NCBI GenBank assembly: GCA_050015075.1
Contig: JBEKCB010000016.1
Coordinates: 34,939 to 98,938, forward strand
Origin: Candidatus Brocadiia bacterium
Lineage (GTDB): Bacteria > Planctomycetota > Brocadiia > CAIUPP01
Length of the DNA: 64,000 nucleotides
Direction: 5' to 3'
This document shows positions 1 to 7,226 of this stretch, one piece after another; position 1 is the stretch's first letter; each line of letters opens with the position of its first letter. The notes under the pieces are model-generated. The model was given only the letters and a program-made list of their open reading frames with translations. It ran no database searches and was not told where the DNA came from. Made by a program: the position numbers and the translations under genes.

Positions 1-462
1 ATTGTAATCAGCCCGCGCCTTCTGTTGGGCGACTTCCGTAGCTTCAAGGATTTTGTCCGTCGCGGCTTTCCATTGTTGCTGGACCCTGGCTACCGCCCCG
101 GCAGTGTGGGACACCTCGTCGACGGAGAGGAAGAAGGCGATTATTCCCAGGACGATGAGACCCCAGCCCCAAACGAAGGAAGCCAGCGACCGTCGCGGCG
201 GCGAATCCCGTCGTCCCTGCGGCGGTCGAACCGACCGGTTCGGCCGCCAAGCCGCCTCGAAATCGGCGTAATGGCCGCCGATTATCTTCCCGTCCTTGGG
301 TTGGTTCGATTCCGCAACGGCCTCTGGTTCAGACGCGGCCGGCCGTTCCTGCGGCGGCACGCGGTTCAACGTTCCACATTTCGGGCACTTCCCTGTCTTG
401 CCCGCCAGACTCGGCGGCGCTTTCACTCTCGCCCCGCAGGACTCGCAATTGAACCCGATCAT
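1..462 (-). CDS. Zinc-ribbon (CxxC...CxxC) membrane protein, truncated by the window edge and absent from the ORF track
   Basis: Manual translation from ATG at 462 gives MIGFNCESCGARVKAPPSLAGKTGKCPKCGTLNRVP, then a Pro-rich linker and a hydrophobic segment LASFVWGWGLIVLGIIAFFLSV. The frame is open to position 1. AGAAAGG lies upstream. Confidence 0.7.
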   Translation of the reverse strand, partial: MIGFNCESCGARVKAPPSLAGKTGKCPKCGTLNRVPPQERPAASEPEAVAESNQPKDGKIIGGHYADFEAAWRPNRSVRPPQGRRDSPPRRSLASFVWGWGLIVLGIIAFFLSVDEVSHTAGAVARVQQQWKAATDKILEATEVAQQKARADYN

Positions 463-504
463 GCCGCCACCCGCCTTTCTCCCCTTGCCCGAATTGCGCC
501 CGCC

Positions 505-533
505 ATTCTATGCCCCGCCTCTGCCCGCTGCAA
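505..533 (-). promoter_or_regulatory. Putative sigma70 promoter for the zinc-ribbon gene
   Basis: Minus strand reads TTGCAG-N17-TAGAAT. Confidence 0.4.
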
Positions 534-690
534 CCGGCGAATCAGATTATTTTCCAGCATAAATAAAACGTTTTTGTTTGGTGGCGGCCCAGACAGTCAA
601 GAGATTTTCCCCTCCTGAAAGAACCTAAGAAAATTCTCCAACCCCGGCCGGCCAGTGTCGCCAGCCCGCCCCCGACAGAGGGTGAGCACG

Positions 691-984
691 TCAGGTTCCC
701 TTCGTCGCCCTCACCATCGCCAGAATGCCCGCGCGGAGCGGTTCCGGGAGCTTGGGCCAGGCCCTCACCACGTCCGCCAGGTCAGGCGATTTCTCGGAAA
801 GAAACGCCAAGCAGGACGCCAAGACGTTTTCCTTGCTTGCGGAATCGCCTTTGTTTACAATGCCTTCCGTAGAGTGGGCGGCGGACTCATAATCCGTCTG
901 TCCGCCGTTAGAGTCGGGGCCGTGCCCAACTGATGACGGGGCGGACGTGCCAAGCCCTTTCGCTCCGTGTGCGTTGTTCTTCAA
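691..984 (-). CDS. Small hypothetical protein of the PDLAxVVxAWPxLPExxRAGILAMV type; start uncertain
   Basis: C-terminal PDLADVVRAWPKLPEPLRAGILAMVRA resembles short ORFs I recall beside tRNA/att junctions in Planctomycetes. The N-terminal part is the antisense of the tRNA remnant. Confidence 0.4.
   Translation of the reverse strand: MKNNAHGAKGLGTSAPSSVGHGPDSNGGQTDYESAAHSTEGIVNKGDSASKENVLASCLAFLSEKSPDLADVVRAWPKLPEPLRAGILAMVRATKGT
881..928 (+). pseudogene. Degenerate 3' half of a tRNA with CAT anticodon (Met/Ile2), possible att-site scar
   Basis: GCGGA-CTCATAA-TCCGT anticodon arm, CTGTC variable loop, CGCCG-TTAGAGT-CGGGG T-arm with a mutated TTC loop and one mismatch, then CCGTGCCCA. No matching 5' acceptor strand or D-arm upstream. 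Confidence 0.6.
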
Positions 985-1002
985 CCCGTCCTAAGGTACA
1001 AT
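974..1002 (+). promoter_or_regulatory. Putative sigma70 promoter for the radical SAM gene
   Basis: TTGTTC-N17-TACAAT. Confidence 0.35.
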
Positions 1003-1079
1003 GTTTACAGAGGGCAAGAAGCCCTCGCGAGCCGCCTTCTTCACACAACTTCATACAAATCCCAACGGAAAAACATCCC

Positions 1080-2510
1080 ATGCGCCTGTTGCTCATCAAT
1101 CCGTCCAATCCGCTGGTGAGTATCGTCCACCTGCGGGAGAGCCGCTGGAACCGGTATCGCGTTTGGAAGCCGCTGAGCCTGATGACCCTCGCCGGGCTGA
1201 CTCCGCCGGACTGGGAGGTCACTATCCTCGACGAGAACCTCGGCGCGCCGGACTACGATGCGCTGCCGCGCCCGGACCTGGTGGGCATTACGGCGTTCAC
1301 CTCGCAGGCCTGCCGCGCGTACGAGCTGGCCGCGCATTTCCGGCGCCTGGGCGTGCCGGTCGTCATGGGCGGCATTCACGCCACGATGTGTCTCGATGAA
1401 GCCCTCGAGCGCGTGGACTCGGTCGTTACGGGCGAAGCGGAAAAAGTCTGGGGGCAGGTCCTGGAGGATGTCCGGCGCGGCGCGCTCCAGCGCCGGTATG
1501 AGGGCGGACTGGCCGACATCGCCGGGATCGCGCCCGCGCGGCACGACCTCCTGGAGGCCGGATACGCCCTCGGCGCGATCCAGACCACCCGCGGCTGCCC
1601 GCTCAACTGCAACTTCTGCAGCGTCTCGGCGTTCAACGGCACCCATTACCGCCAGCGCCCCATCGCCGACGTGATCCGCGAGTTCCAGACGATCCGCGAG
1701 AAACGCGTCCTGGTGGTGGATGACAATCTCATCGGCATCAGCGCCGATCACATTGCGCGGGCCAAGGACCTGTTCCGCGCCATGATCCGGGCGGACCTGC
1801 GCAAGGAATGGATTGCGCAGGCGACGATCAATTTTGCCGACGACGAGGAAATGCTGGCCCTCGCGGCGAAAGCGGGCTGCAGAGGCGTGTTCATCGGCTT
1901 CGAGACCTTGTCGCCGGAAGGGCTGCGGGAACTCGGGAAGAAGTTCAACCTGTTGCGCGGCCGAGATTTTGCCGCGTCGGTGCGGCGCATTCAGCGGCAC
2001 AAGATACAGATCGTGGGGTCCTTCATCATCGGTCTGGACGTCGATCAACCGGGCATCGGCAACCGTATCGCCGAGGTGGCCGCCCAGTACGGCGTGGACA
2101 ACGTCAATGTCCTGTTCCTGACGCCCCTGCCCGGCACTCGCCTGTGGGACAAGATGAAGGCCGAAGACCGCATTACCCTCGGCGACTTTCCGCACGACTG
2201 GCAATACTACACGTTGACCTTCCCGATGGCCCGTTACACCCATTTGTCGCTGGACCAGAGCATTGACGAGATGCTCCGCTGCGGCGAGAAATTCTATTCC
2301 GTCAGCCACATCCTGGCCCGGATATGGGGCAACCTGGTGCGATGGCGCAAGCCGTTCGTCACCACGGTGGCCAACTTCTCCTACCGGAGCAACCTGCGGC
2401 TGGATCGCAAGACCTACGCCGCCTTCCGCCGCGAGCACGGCCACAGGTACCACGAGACGACTTCACCACGACGACACAACGGGCACGACGGTCACGACGA
2501 ACGGAGTTGA
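1080..2510 (+). CDS. B12-binding-domain radical SAM protein
   Basis: MRLLLINP start, cobalamin-binding-like domain (PLSLMTLA...GGIHAT), RGCPLNCNFC CxxxCxxC motif, GFET and TPLPGT motifs. Confidence 0.9.
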   Translation: MRLLLINPSNPLVSIVHLRESRWNRYRVWKPLSLMTLAGLTPPDWEVTILDENLGAPDYDALPRPDLVGITAFTSQACRAYELAAHFRRLGVPVVMGGIHATMCLDEALERVDSVVTGEAEKVWGQVLEDVRRGALQRRYEGGLADIAGIAPARHDLLEAGYALGAIQTTRGCPLNCNFCSVSAFNGTHYRQRPIADVIREFQTIREKRVLVVDDNLIGISADHIARAKDLFRAMIRADLRKEWIAQATINFADDEEMLALAAKAGCRGVFIGFETLSPEGLRELGKKFNLLRGRDFAASVRRIQRHKIQIVGSFIIGLDVDQPGIGNRIAEVAAQYGVDNVNVLFLTPLPGTRLWDKMKAEDRITLGDFPHDWQYYTLTFPMARYTHLSLDQSIDEMLRCGEKFYSVSHILARIWGNLVRWRKPFVTTVANFSYRSNLRLDRKTYAAFRREHGHRYHETTSPRRHNGHDGHDERS

Positions 2511-2563
2511 AATGTACTAAAACTCCTCGTCTTTCTTCGTGTCCTTCGTGCCTTTCGTGGTAA
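2463..2563. repeat. Palindromic REP/MITE-like element with 9-bp-period arms (copy 1)
   Basis: Left arm TCACCACGACGACACAACGGGCACGACG, right arm CTTCGTGTCCTTCGTGCCTTTCGTGGTAA. Sits at a convergent gene junction and has a related copy at 60228. Confidence 0.7.
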
Positions 2564-3554
2564 GAGCCGGCGGAGAGAGAATGGCGGCTTCGGACGCGGC
2601 GGGGGACCATAGGCAGACCCGGTTGCGGCCCTGCCGCTTGGCGCAAATGAGCCCTTCATCGGCGCGGACGGCCAGTTGTTCCTCGCTCCGAACCTCCGGC
2701 GTCAGGACCGCCGCCCCGATGCTGAGGGTGACGCGGATTTCCGCCTGGTCGTTGCGGAAGCCGGCGGCGGCCACGGCGTTGCGGACGTTCTCGGCGCACT
2801 TGAGCGCGCCGGCCGCGCCGGTATTCGGCAGGATGATGCCGAACTCCTCGCCGCCGTATCGCGCCAGGATGTCCACTTCGCGCACGGTGGAGAACATCGT
2901 CTTGGCCACCCGCTGCAAGACCTCGTCGCCCGTGCGGTGGCCGTACTTGTCATTCACGTCCTTGAACCGGTCCAGGTCCGCCATGAGGCAGGCGAGCGGC
3001 TGCGCGTAACGGACGCTTCGGACGTATTCGTACCGCAGCCGCGCCCAGAAGTAACGGACGTTGTAGATGCCGGTCAGGTCATCGGTAATCGAAAGGTACT
3101 TCAGCCGGTCCACCAGCCGCTGCTGCTCGGCCATGTCGCGGACGTGGAGGATGGAATATACGCCGGCTCCGCCGCGACTGTCCCCCGGCTGCTCGACCTG
3201 GCCGGTAACCTGGCCGAACTCCGCGCACGAGAGGAGCAGCAGCGCCGGGAAGGTGGAGCCGTCCTTCCGCCGGGCGAGGCCTTCGCCGAACCAGGTCTTC
3301 CGGCTCGCGAGCGCCTTGACCACCTCCTGCTCCGCGCCCTCGGGTCCCTTCGGAGGAAAAAGCGCGGTCGCAGTCAACTGGAGAAACTCGTCGGGGGAGT
3401 ATCCGAAAGCGCGCGAAGCGGTGGCGTTGATGAGCGCCGTCCGGCCGCGCTCGTCCACCGTCAGGATGGAGTCCATCGCGCCTTCGAGGATTTGACGAAG
3501 GAGCGCGTTCTGGCCTTGAAGGGTCTCGATCGTAACGGCCGCGTCGTCCGCCAT
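2517..3554 (-). CDS. PAS-GGDEF diguanylate cyclase
   Basis: PAS/PAC (RRKDGSTFP), DDLTGIYN, DLDRFKDVND, RxxD I-site (REVD), GGEEF, AKRQGRN. Confidence 0.93.
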   Translation of the reverse strand: MADDAAVTIETLQGQNALLRQILEGAMDSILTVDERGRTALINATASRAFGYSPDEFLQLTATALFPPKGPEGAEQEVVKALASRKTWFGEGLARRKDGSTFPALLLLSCAEFGQVTGQVEQPGDSRGGAGVYSILHVRDMAEQQRLVDRLKYLSITDDLTGIYNVRYFWARLRYEYVRSVRYAQPLACLMADLDRFKDVNDKYGHRTGDEVLQRVAKTMFSTVREVDILARYGGEEFGIILPNTGAAGALKCAENVRNAVAAAGFRNDQAEIRVTLSIGAAVLTPEVRSEEQLAVRADEGLICAKRQGRNRVCLWSPAASEAAILSPPALTTKGTKDTKKDEEF

Positions 3555-3604
3555 TCGACGGCCCGCTTCCTGATGATCCGGACATGGACGTCGTCGCGGG
3601 CGTC

Positions 3605-3633
3605 AATATACCGCCGCCGCCGTCAACCGTCAA
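3605..3633 (-). promoter_or_regulatory. Sigma70-type promoter for the diguanylate cyclase
   Basis: Minus strand reads TTGACG-N17-TATATT, near consensus. Confidence 0.65.
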
Positions 3634-3667
3634 GAAAGATTATCGCCGGAGGAACGCGGCGCCCGGG

Positions 3668-5605
3668 TCAGTGCTCGGTCATCTTCTCCAGGCTCAGGTC
3701 CAGGAACGCGCTGACCAGCGCCGGGTCGCAGCGCGATCCGGCCCCCTCGGCCATCATGCTGCGCGCCGCGGCGAAATCCATCGCCGCGCGGTAGATGCGA
3801 TGGGAAACCAGCGCGTCGAACATGTCGCAAATGGCCACAATTCGCGCCCCGAGCGGGATCGCCTCGCCGCAAAGGCGGTCGGGATATCCCTGGCCGTCGA
3901 AGCGCTCATGGTGATGGCGGACAATCGGGGCGAGTTCGCGCAGGTGAACGGTGCGGGCGAACATGCTCGCGCCGATCACCGGGTGCGCCGCGACGATCCC
4001 GGACTCCTCCACGGTCAACGGGCCGGGCTTGCAGAGCAGCGTGTCCGGGATGCAGATCTTGCCCACGTCGTGCAGCAGGGCTGCGTCCTCGACGACGAAG
4101 ACGTCCCTCGAGGCGATGTTCAGGGTGCGCGCAAGTTCGCCGGCGTAGGTGCGGACCTGCCGCGAATGGCCGTGCGTGTCCGGGCTGCGCGCGTCCACCA
4201 TGCCGGCGAAGAATTCCAGGGTCTCCTGGTACGTGCGCGAGATTCGCGAGAGCGCCTCGGCGTTGTCGGCGGCCGCGGAAGCGCCTTCGGCCAGGGCGGA
4301 GAGCCTCCGCGCGTCCTCGGCGGAGAAGGCGTGCGGCCTGGAGGAGAACACCGCGAGCAGACCGAACGGCTTTTCGCCGGCGGTCAGCGGCGCGCTGAGG
4401 CAGGAGACCAGCGCGCGGTGCGTCTCAAAGGCGAAGCGGCCGGGCGTCAGCGCCGGGGACGGAAGCGCTCCTGTCCCGGCGGCGTCGCCCCTGTCCAGCG
4501 ACGCCGCCATCTTGCCCTGGATCGCTTCGAGAATCGGCGAACCCACGGGAACGTCCGGCGCGGTCCGGAGTTCGGCATCCTTCTCCGTCAGCAGCAGCAC
4601 GGCGCAGATCTCGGCGGCGGTCAGACGCGCCGCGCTGGTGAGGAGCTGCCGGCACATGCGGTCGCGGTCTGCGTTGAGCGAAAGGCTGCGGCTGACCGTG
4701 ACCAATTCCTCCAGCTCGGCCACCTGTTCGGCGGCCGTCTCGTAGAGCCGGGCGCTCTCGAGGGTCACCGCCAGGTGCGCGGCGAACATCTCCATCAGCT
4801 CGATGGAATTCTCCTGGAACCCGGGCCCGTCCACACGGCGCAGGCACAGCGCGCCGAGCGGGCGGTCGGACACGAACAGCGGCATGAAGGCGTAGCAGTC
4901 GCCGGACGGGACATCGGCATCGAGAAGGACGGCCTTCCGGCGGACGGCTTCCAGGCACTGCTCGATCAGCGAATCGGTGCGGCACCGCCGCGTCAGGGAG
5001 CGGCCGGAATGCGCTGTGACGAAGAGAGTCTCCTGCGCCGGCTCATAGTGGAAGAGGATGCCGCTGTCCGCACCGAAGTTTCGGCAGGCCAGTTCGAGGG
5101 CCTTCTGCGGCAAGGCGTGCGGGTCGGTGGTTTTCGACAGGTTCCGCGCCAGGTCGAGCAGGGCCGAGGTCTCGTTCAGGAAAACGCCGCAACGCTGAGT
5201 GTTGACCGCCCCGAGGCAGCACGCGACAGTGCGCTGCAGCGCGCGCGCCTCGAACGGCAGAGGGATAAAATCGGCGGCGCCGCGACGCATGGCCTCCATG
5301 GCGTCGCCGATCGTCCCGCCGGAGGACATCACCACCACGCAGGTGTCCGGATACATCTCCTTGAGGTTCGCCAGGAGCTGCATGCCGTCCATCCGCGGCA
5401 TGGCCATCTCGGTCAGGACGAGGTCGGACGCGCGCTCGCGCATCAGTTCGAGCGCCTCGGCGCCCGACTGGGCCGCGCGCACGGCGTAACCGGCCTCCTT
5501 CAGGGCCGAGATGCAATGCTCTGCAGTGTCCGCCTCATGATCCACCACCAGGATTTGCCAGAGTCCGTTTTTGCGCTCCGATGCCGATCTGGGAAGCTGC
5601 AGCAT
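3668..5605 (-). CDS. Pseudo-REC-GAF-GAF-HD-GYP cyclic-dinucleotide phosphodiesterase (start 5605 or 5641)
   Basis: THGHS, LHDVGKI, HHHERFDGQGYP and DMFDAL motifs, two GAF-like regions, and an N-terminal receiver fold with degenerate catalytic residues. Confidence 0.9.
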   Translation of the reverse strand: MLQLPRSASERKNGLWQILVVDHEADTAEHCISALKEAGYAVRAAQSGAEALELMRERASDLVLTEMAMPRMDGMQLLANLKEMYPDTCVVVMSSGGTIGDAMEAMRRGAADFIPLPFEARALQRTVACCLGAVNTQRCGVFLNETSALLDLARNLSKTTDPHALPQKALELACRNFGADSGILFHYEPAQETLFVTAHSGRSLTRRCRTDSLIEQCLEAVRRKAVLLDADVPSGDCYAFMPLFVSDRPLGALCLRRVDGPGFQENSIELMEMFAAHLAVTLESARLYETAAEQVAELEELVTVSRSLSLNADRDRMCRQLLTSAARLTAAEICAVLLLTEKDAELRTAPDVPVGSPILEAIQGKMAASLDRGDAAGTGALPSPALTPGRFAFETHRALVSCLSAPLTAGEKPFGLLAVFSSRPHAFSAEDARRLSALAEGASAAADNAEALSRISRTYQETLEFFAGMVDARSPDTHGHSRQVRTYAGELARTLNIASRDVFVVEDAALLHDVGKICIPDTLLCKPGPLTVEESGIVAAHPVIGASMFARTVHLRELAPIVRHHHERFDGQGYPDRLCGEAIPLGARIVAICDMFDALVSHRIYRAAMDFAAARSMMAEGAGSRCDPALVSAFLDLSLEKMTEH

Positions 5606-5696
5606 GATTCCGGCCACCTTTTCGTTATGAAGTCTCCACATCCTGTCCGGTCACCGTCGTTGCCTCACCGGAGATAGCGGCAACCGGTTAATGGGA

Positions 5697-5724
5697 TATT
5701 CGTGGAGAAGGCAATGAACTTTAG
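5697..5724 (-). promoter_or_regulatory. Possible sigma28 promoter for the HD-GYP gene
   Basis: CTAAAGTT...CACGAATA, i.e. TAAA-N15-xxCGAxxA. Same CTAAAGTT as the fliC promoter, but the -10 matches only 4 of 8 positions. Confidence 0.4.
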
Positions 5725-5777
5725 CGAAGGGCGGGGAATTCCGCAGCGGAGCGCCTAAAGCGCAATGATCGCCGGGC

Positions 5778-6032
5778 TCAGGCTTCGAAGTCCAGGAGTC
5801 CGTCGTCGTCGGCCGCGGCGGAGGAAGCGGAGGCTTCGGGTTGCGTCTCGTCCTTGGCATCGGCCGGTTCGTCGGCCTCAGCCTTTTGATCGGGATCCTC
5901 GGAAGATTTCTGCTCCTTCGAGAGCTGCGCCTCGAAGCGGCGCGGGTTACCGGAACCTCGCTCGCGTTTCGCCGCCGCCGCGACTATGCGGTCGGTCTGA
6001 AGGTTCCTCGGGATCGAAATGTCGCCGTCCAT
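5778..6032 (-). CDS. Small acidic hypothetical protein downstream of fliA
   Basis: 84 aa, GAGAGG RBS, C-terminal GLLDFEA. Confidence 0.65.
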   Translation of the reverse strand: MDGDISIPRNLQTDRIVAAAAKRERGSGNPRRFEAQLSKEQKSSEDPDQKAEADEPADAKDETQPEASASSAAADDDGLLDFEA

Positions 6033-6052
6033 GGCAACCTCTCAAACTCCGC

Positions 6053-6871
6053 TCAGGGCGCACCAAGCCCCGCGCGGCTCAGGGTGCGCTTGAGCCGCTG
6101 AAGGGCCTGCGTATGGAGCTGGCACGCGCGCGACGCGGTCACGTCGAGCACCTTGCCGATCTCCTGCAGCATCAGGTTCTCGTGATAGCGCAGGACGATG
6201 ACCTGGCCTTCGCGCTCCGGCAAGTTGCGGATCGCCTCGGCCAGGACGCGTTTCTGGTCGGTGAATTCGGCCTGCTCATACGGATTCCGAGGCGCGCGCA
6301 GGCCCAGTTCGGAGGAGAGAAGGCTGACTTCCGCGTTCAGCGTCTCCCCTTCGCTCGAACTCCGGTGATCCGCCTTCGACAGCGCGAGCAGCCACGTCAG
6401 GCGATCCGCCGACACGTGGAGACCCTCGGCCAGTTCCTCCGTGGTTGCCGCCTGGCCCGTTTGCCGCGCGTCGTCCACGCTCTTCCGGAGGCGCTTCACC
6501 TGGCCGCGCAGGTCCGAGGAGAGCCAGTCATAGCGGCGCAGTTCGTCGAGCATCGCGCCCCAGATGCGCGGGATCGCGTAGCTGTGAAACGGAACTTTCC
6601 GGCCGGCGTCGAACCTCTGCGCGGCCTCGGTGAGCCCCAGCAAGCCGGCCGCGAGCAGGTCGTCGCGGTCCACGTGCGGCGGCAGGTTGCGCGCGACTTT
6701 ACTGAGCACGTACTTGACCAGCGGCACATTGCGCTCCACGAGGCTTTCGACGCCGCTCTCGCCGGCGGCGCTCTTGCGATCGCCTGCGGAGGAGAGATGC
6801 GGGGCGTCCGCGTGCGCTTTATCTCTCGGGAGCGCGGCGTGCTGCGCGTGAGTCGCTGCTTTCGAGCCCAT
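6053..6871 (-). CDS. fliA: Flagellar sigma factor sigma28 (FliA/WhiG family)
   Basis: DDLLAAGLLGL, RIWGAMLDELRRYDW, region 4 LQEIGKVLDVTASRACQLH; located downstream of flhA. Confidence 0.95.
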   Translation of the reverse strand: MGSKAATHAQHAALPRDKAHADAPHLSSAGDRKSAAGESGVESLVERNVPLVKYVLSKVARNLPPHVDRDDLLAAGLLGLTEAAQRFDAGRKVPFHSYAIPRIWGAMLDELRRYDWLSSDLRGQVKRLRKSVDDARQTGQAATTEELAEGLHVSADRLTWLLALSKADHRSSSEGETLNAEVSLLSSELGLRAPRNPYEQAEFTDQKRVLAEAIRNLPEREGQVIVLRYHENLMLQEIGKVLDVTASRACQLHTQALQRLKRTLSRAGLGAP

Positions 6872-6909
6872 CGTTCACCTCCGCAGACTCAGGGGGATTC
6901 GTTTCGCAC

Positions 6910-7191
6910 TCAAGCCTTCGGCCGCCGCGCGGAAGCGCCGTTGCCGTTTCCGCCTTGCTGATTCTTGACCTGCCGCTGAGCCATTTGCTCGCCGACGGCC
7001 GAGTACACGCAGTTGAGGAAGAACTTTCCCGCGACGAGCCCGAGCAGCCAGAACACCGCTGCGGCGGCCGTCGCACGAAGCGCTATGGCGTGGGCCGGCA
7101 CGTCCGAAGCCAAGCCAACCATCCACGCGACGGCGAACGCCGCGACCGACAAAAGGATCGCGAACACCGGCGGAATCAGTTCCAGATTCAT
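6910..7191 (-). CDS. Small two-TM hypothetical protein between flhA and fliA
   Basis: 93 aa, two hydrophobic helices, GAGG RBS, co-oriented within the operon. Confidence 0.75.
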   Translation of the reverse strand: MNLELIPPVFAILLSVAAFAVAWMVGLASDVPAHAIALRATAAAAVFWLLGLVAGKFFLNCVYSAVGEQMAQRQVKNQQGGNGNGASARRPKA

Positions 7192-7226
7192 ACGGTCACC
7201 TCAAGTGGCCAAGCCCTGCTTTCGCG

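Noticed and set aside
25-618. 197-aa plus-strand ORF
   Set aside because: In-register antisense shadow of the zinc-ribbon/TM gene on the minus strand; no motifs of its own.
860-930. Functional tRNA-Met/Ile2 gene
   Set aside because: No 5' acceptor strand or D-arm, and the T-loop and T-stem are mutated. Kept only as a remnant.
2463-2563. CRISPR array (also considered for 60228-60332)
   Set aside because: Inverted arms with 9-bp periodicity, no repeat-spacer series and no cas genes.
3584-5677. 697-aa plus-strand ORF
   Set aside because: Antisense shadow of the HD-GYP gene, typical of high-GC codon bias.
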